Notes under the pieces: model-generated
Databases searched by the model: none
What the model was told of the DNA's origin: nothing
What the model saw: only the letters and a program-made list of their open reading frames with translations
Shown: positions 15,393-17,101 of the stretch, in pieces
How the letters are laid out: each line of letters begins with the position of its first letter
How positions within the stretch are numbered: position 1 is the first letter of the stretch
Translations under genes and position numbers: made by a program
DNA from: Candidatus Thorarchaeota archaeon
GTDB lineage: Archaea > Asgardarchaeota > Thorarchaeia > Thorarchaeales > Thorarchaeaceae
Reading direction: 5' to 3'
Assembly: GCA_016839605.1 (NCBI GenBank)
Contig: JAEOTX010000151.1
Location: forward strand, 1-17,101
DNA: 17,101 nt

Positions 15393-16730
15393 TTGGGAGA
15401 ACAACAGTCAACAGGAATGGTCCCAACCGATAGAAGAGAAAAAATCGCTTGGTACCTGTTTGATTTTGCTAACACCAGCTTTACAGTGCTTATTGTGACC
15501 GCATTATTCCCACTATACTTCCGGACGTTGGTAGGAGATCCGCTTGTGGGTGGTACTCTTTGGGGATATGCGGGTAGCATCACCATGCTCATTATTGCTA
15601 TCACATCACCAGTTCTTGGAGCGATGGCTGATTATACAGGGGCAAAGAAGAAGTTCCTGTCATTCTACACCGCATTATCAATCGTGTTCACATCACTCAT
15701 GTTCTTTCTGAGTGATGACCTGCCAACATTTCTTGGCGTGGATATGTGGATGTGGGCATTCATCCTCTTTGTAGTGGCCAATATCGGATTTGAGGGCGCA
15801 TTGCCATTCTATAACGCATGGCTTCCTGAAATCAGCACTGAAGAGAATGTAGGAAGAATCAGTGGAATAGGGTATGCCGCAGGCTATGTTGGTGCAATGC
15901 TGACTATCATAATTGCTTTAGTTAGCTACATCATGCTCCCAGACTATCCGACTTTGCCTTTCCTGTTTGCAGCAATCTTCTTTCTTGTGTTTGCAATTCC
16001 CAGCATAATTGGCTTGAAGGAGCGTCCTGCAAGTCAATTTCCAGATGAAGAAGGCGTGAGTATTGTTACAATTGGTTTCAGAAGGGTGAGGAAGACCATC
16101 AGTAAAATCAGTGACTATGAAGGACTCCCGAGGTTCCTAGCATCATATTTCTTGTTCTCCGATGCCATTAGCACCGTGATCTATTATGCCGCGATATTCG
16201 GGGCTGCGGTCTATGGATTCAGCACTGAACTCATACTGATCTTTTTCGCAGTGACCCAACTTGCAGCAATTCCAGGAGCATTTGTTTTCGGATATATTGC
16301 AGACTCAATTGGTACAAAGAAGACACTGATGATAACTCTTGGAATCTGGATAGTCGCTTTGCTTATCGCATTCTTTGGTGAAGCTCAGATTATCTGGTGG
16401 ACTGTAGGAATGATTGCAGGAGTTGGCATGGGCTCTTCGCAAAGCACAGCTCGGAGCATGTACGGTCAGTTCATTCCCGAAGAAAAGAGAACAGAGATGT
16501 TCGGCATCTATGCCTTGAGTGGCAAGTTTGCTGCAATTGTCGGTCCGTTTATCTATGCGACTGTGCTTGCATTGGTTTCGAGCCTTGGAGAGGCTATGGC
16601 CCATCGAATAGCAATGCTTAGCATCCTTGGAGTATTCGTCATAGCACTACTGATCTTGGTCAAGGTCAGACAACCTGTGATGGGTGAAGCAAAGGTTCAT
16701 CTCGAAGATGATATGAGACCTGGAATGTAG
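15393..16730 (+). CDS. MFS transporter, UMF1/Atg22-like family
   Basis: 445 aa, about 12 TM, TTG start after GGAGA. Motifs AWYLFDFANTSF, PVLGAMAD..G.KKK, FYNAWLPEI....GRISG.GYA.GY, FLFSDAI.TVI, G..AD.IG.KK and SQSTARSMY..FIP......FG.Y..GK. Confidence 0.9.
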   Translation: MGEQQSTGMVPTDRREKIAWYLFDFANTSFTVLIVTALFPLYFRTLVGDPLVGGTLWGYAGSITMLIIAITSPVLGAMADYTGAKKKFLSFYTALSIVFTSLMFFLSDDLPTFLGVDMWMWAFILFVVANIGFEGALPFYNAWLPEISTEENVGRISGIGYAAGYVGAMLTIIIALVSYIMLPDYPTLPFLFAAIFFLVFAIPSIIGLKERPASQFPDEEGVSIVTIGFRRVRKTISKISDYEGLPRFLASYFLFSDAISTVIYYAAIFGAAVYGFSTELILIFFAVTQLAAIPGAFVFGYIADSIGTKKTLMITLGIWIVALLIAFFGEAQIIWWTVGMIAGVGMGSSQSTARSMYGQFIPEEKRTEMFGIYALSGKFAAIVGPFIYATVLALVSSLGEAMAHRIAMLSILGVFVIALLILVKVRQPVMGEAKVHLEDDMRPGM

Positions 16731-16736
16731 AATGAT

Positions 16737-16757
16737 GAGAGGGGACACACCCCTCTC
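16737..16757 (+). terminator. Stem-loop immediately after the MFS stop codon
   Basis: GAGAGGGG-ACACA-CCCCTCTC is an 8-bp perfect stem. There is no U-tract, so it may be a stabiliser or processing hairpin rather than a terminator. Confidence 0.5.
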
Positions 16758-16795
16758 CTCACCCCCAAGGTGAAATTAGCTAGTGGGTGTTATGC

Positions 16796-17101
16796 ATGAA
16801 AGAAGAGCCCTTACGCGTCAAACTTGTGGAATATCGTGGAAGCACATCCGTTTTCATAGATGCAAAAGTCGATGAGGAGGGGAAATTCGTGGTATCAGGG
16901 CAAGACATAGGAGAACTTCCAGAACAGCACTTTGGGGACTCCGACTATGAGTACTGGGTTGTTGTGCCTAAAGATGAGAAGGATAGAGTGCTTCTTGCTC
17001 TAATGGAGAAGCTCTATCTGGGGGATTCAAAAGTGGTGTCCGCGTTTATGGATTTGCTAAAATCTAAAGGAATTCAATACGAGTTTGGTAGTTGGACCTG
17101 A
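16796..17101 (+). CDS. Hypothetical protein
   Basis: About 101 aa from ATG 16796 (track start is GTG 16787), ending at TGA 17099-17101. Globular-looking acidic sequence with GQDIG....FGDSDYEYW. No family recognised. Confidence 0.7.
   Translation: MKEEPLRVKLVEYRGSTSVFIDAKVDEEGKFVVSGQDIGELPEQHFGDSDYEYWVVVPKDEKDRVLLALMEKLYLGDSKVVSAFMDLLKSKGIQYEFGSWT

Noticed and set aside
1-17101. CRISPR arrays, tRNA/rRNA genes, transposases/integrases, and Sec/Pyl read-through
   Set aside because: By eye I found no regularly spaced repeats, cloverleaf or T-loop signatures, recombinase motifs, or domains interrupted by in-frame TGA/TAG. A covariance-model scan was not possible.

Overview
Gene-dense archaeal chromosomal segment. 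It is most likely from an Asgard archaeon (Thorarchaeia-like); this is an inference from a profilin-like gene, an archaeal geranylgeranyl reductase, TrmB and TATA-like promoters. From left to right: (i) a minus-strand operon of ureohydrolase (agmatinase-like), short TrmB-family regulator, geranylgeranyl-lipid reductase and an M23/LytM-like metalloprotein that is truncated by the window edge and missing from the ORF track; (ii) an uncharacterised cluster (3677-8085) containing a large acidic surface glycoprotein ending in a TRAP-beta-like Ig domain plus TM anchor, a hydrophobic membrane partner, a divergent wHTH + 2-TM gene pair, a divergent profilin-like gene and a small membrane protein; (iii) a BMP/Nup-type nucleoside ABC importer with hairpin-rich intergenic regions, an ATPase that apparently needs a non-canonical start (ATC behind GGAGG) and a permease carrying about 4 extra TM helices; (iv) a 64-aa, very basic Cys4 protein resembling a shortened eL34-like ribosomal zinc-ribbon, with its own promoter, leader and terminator; (v) an alpha/beta hydrolase, an NTF2/SnoaL-like protein, a UMF1/Atg22-like MFS transporter and a small hypothetical protein. 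No rRNA, tRNA, CRISPR array or mobile element was seen. All family assignments come from motif recognition by eye; no searches were run.
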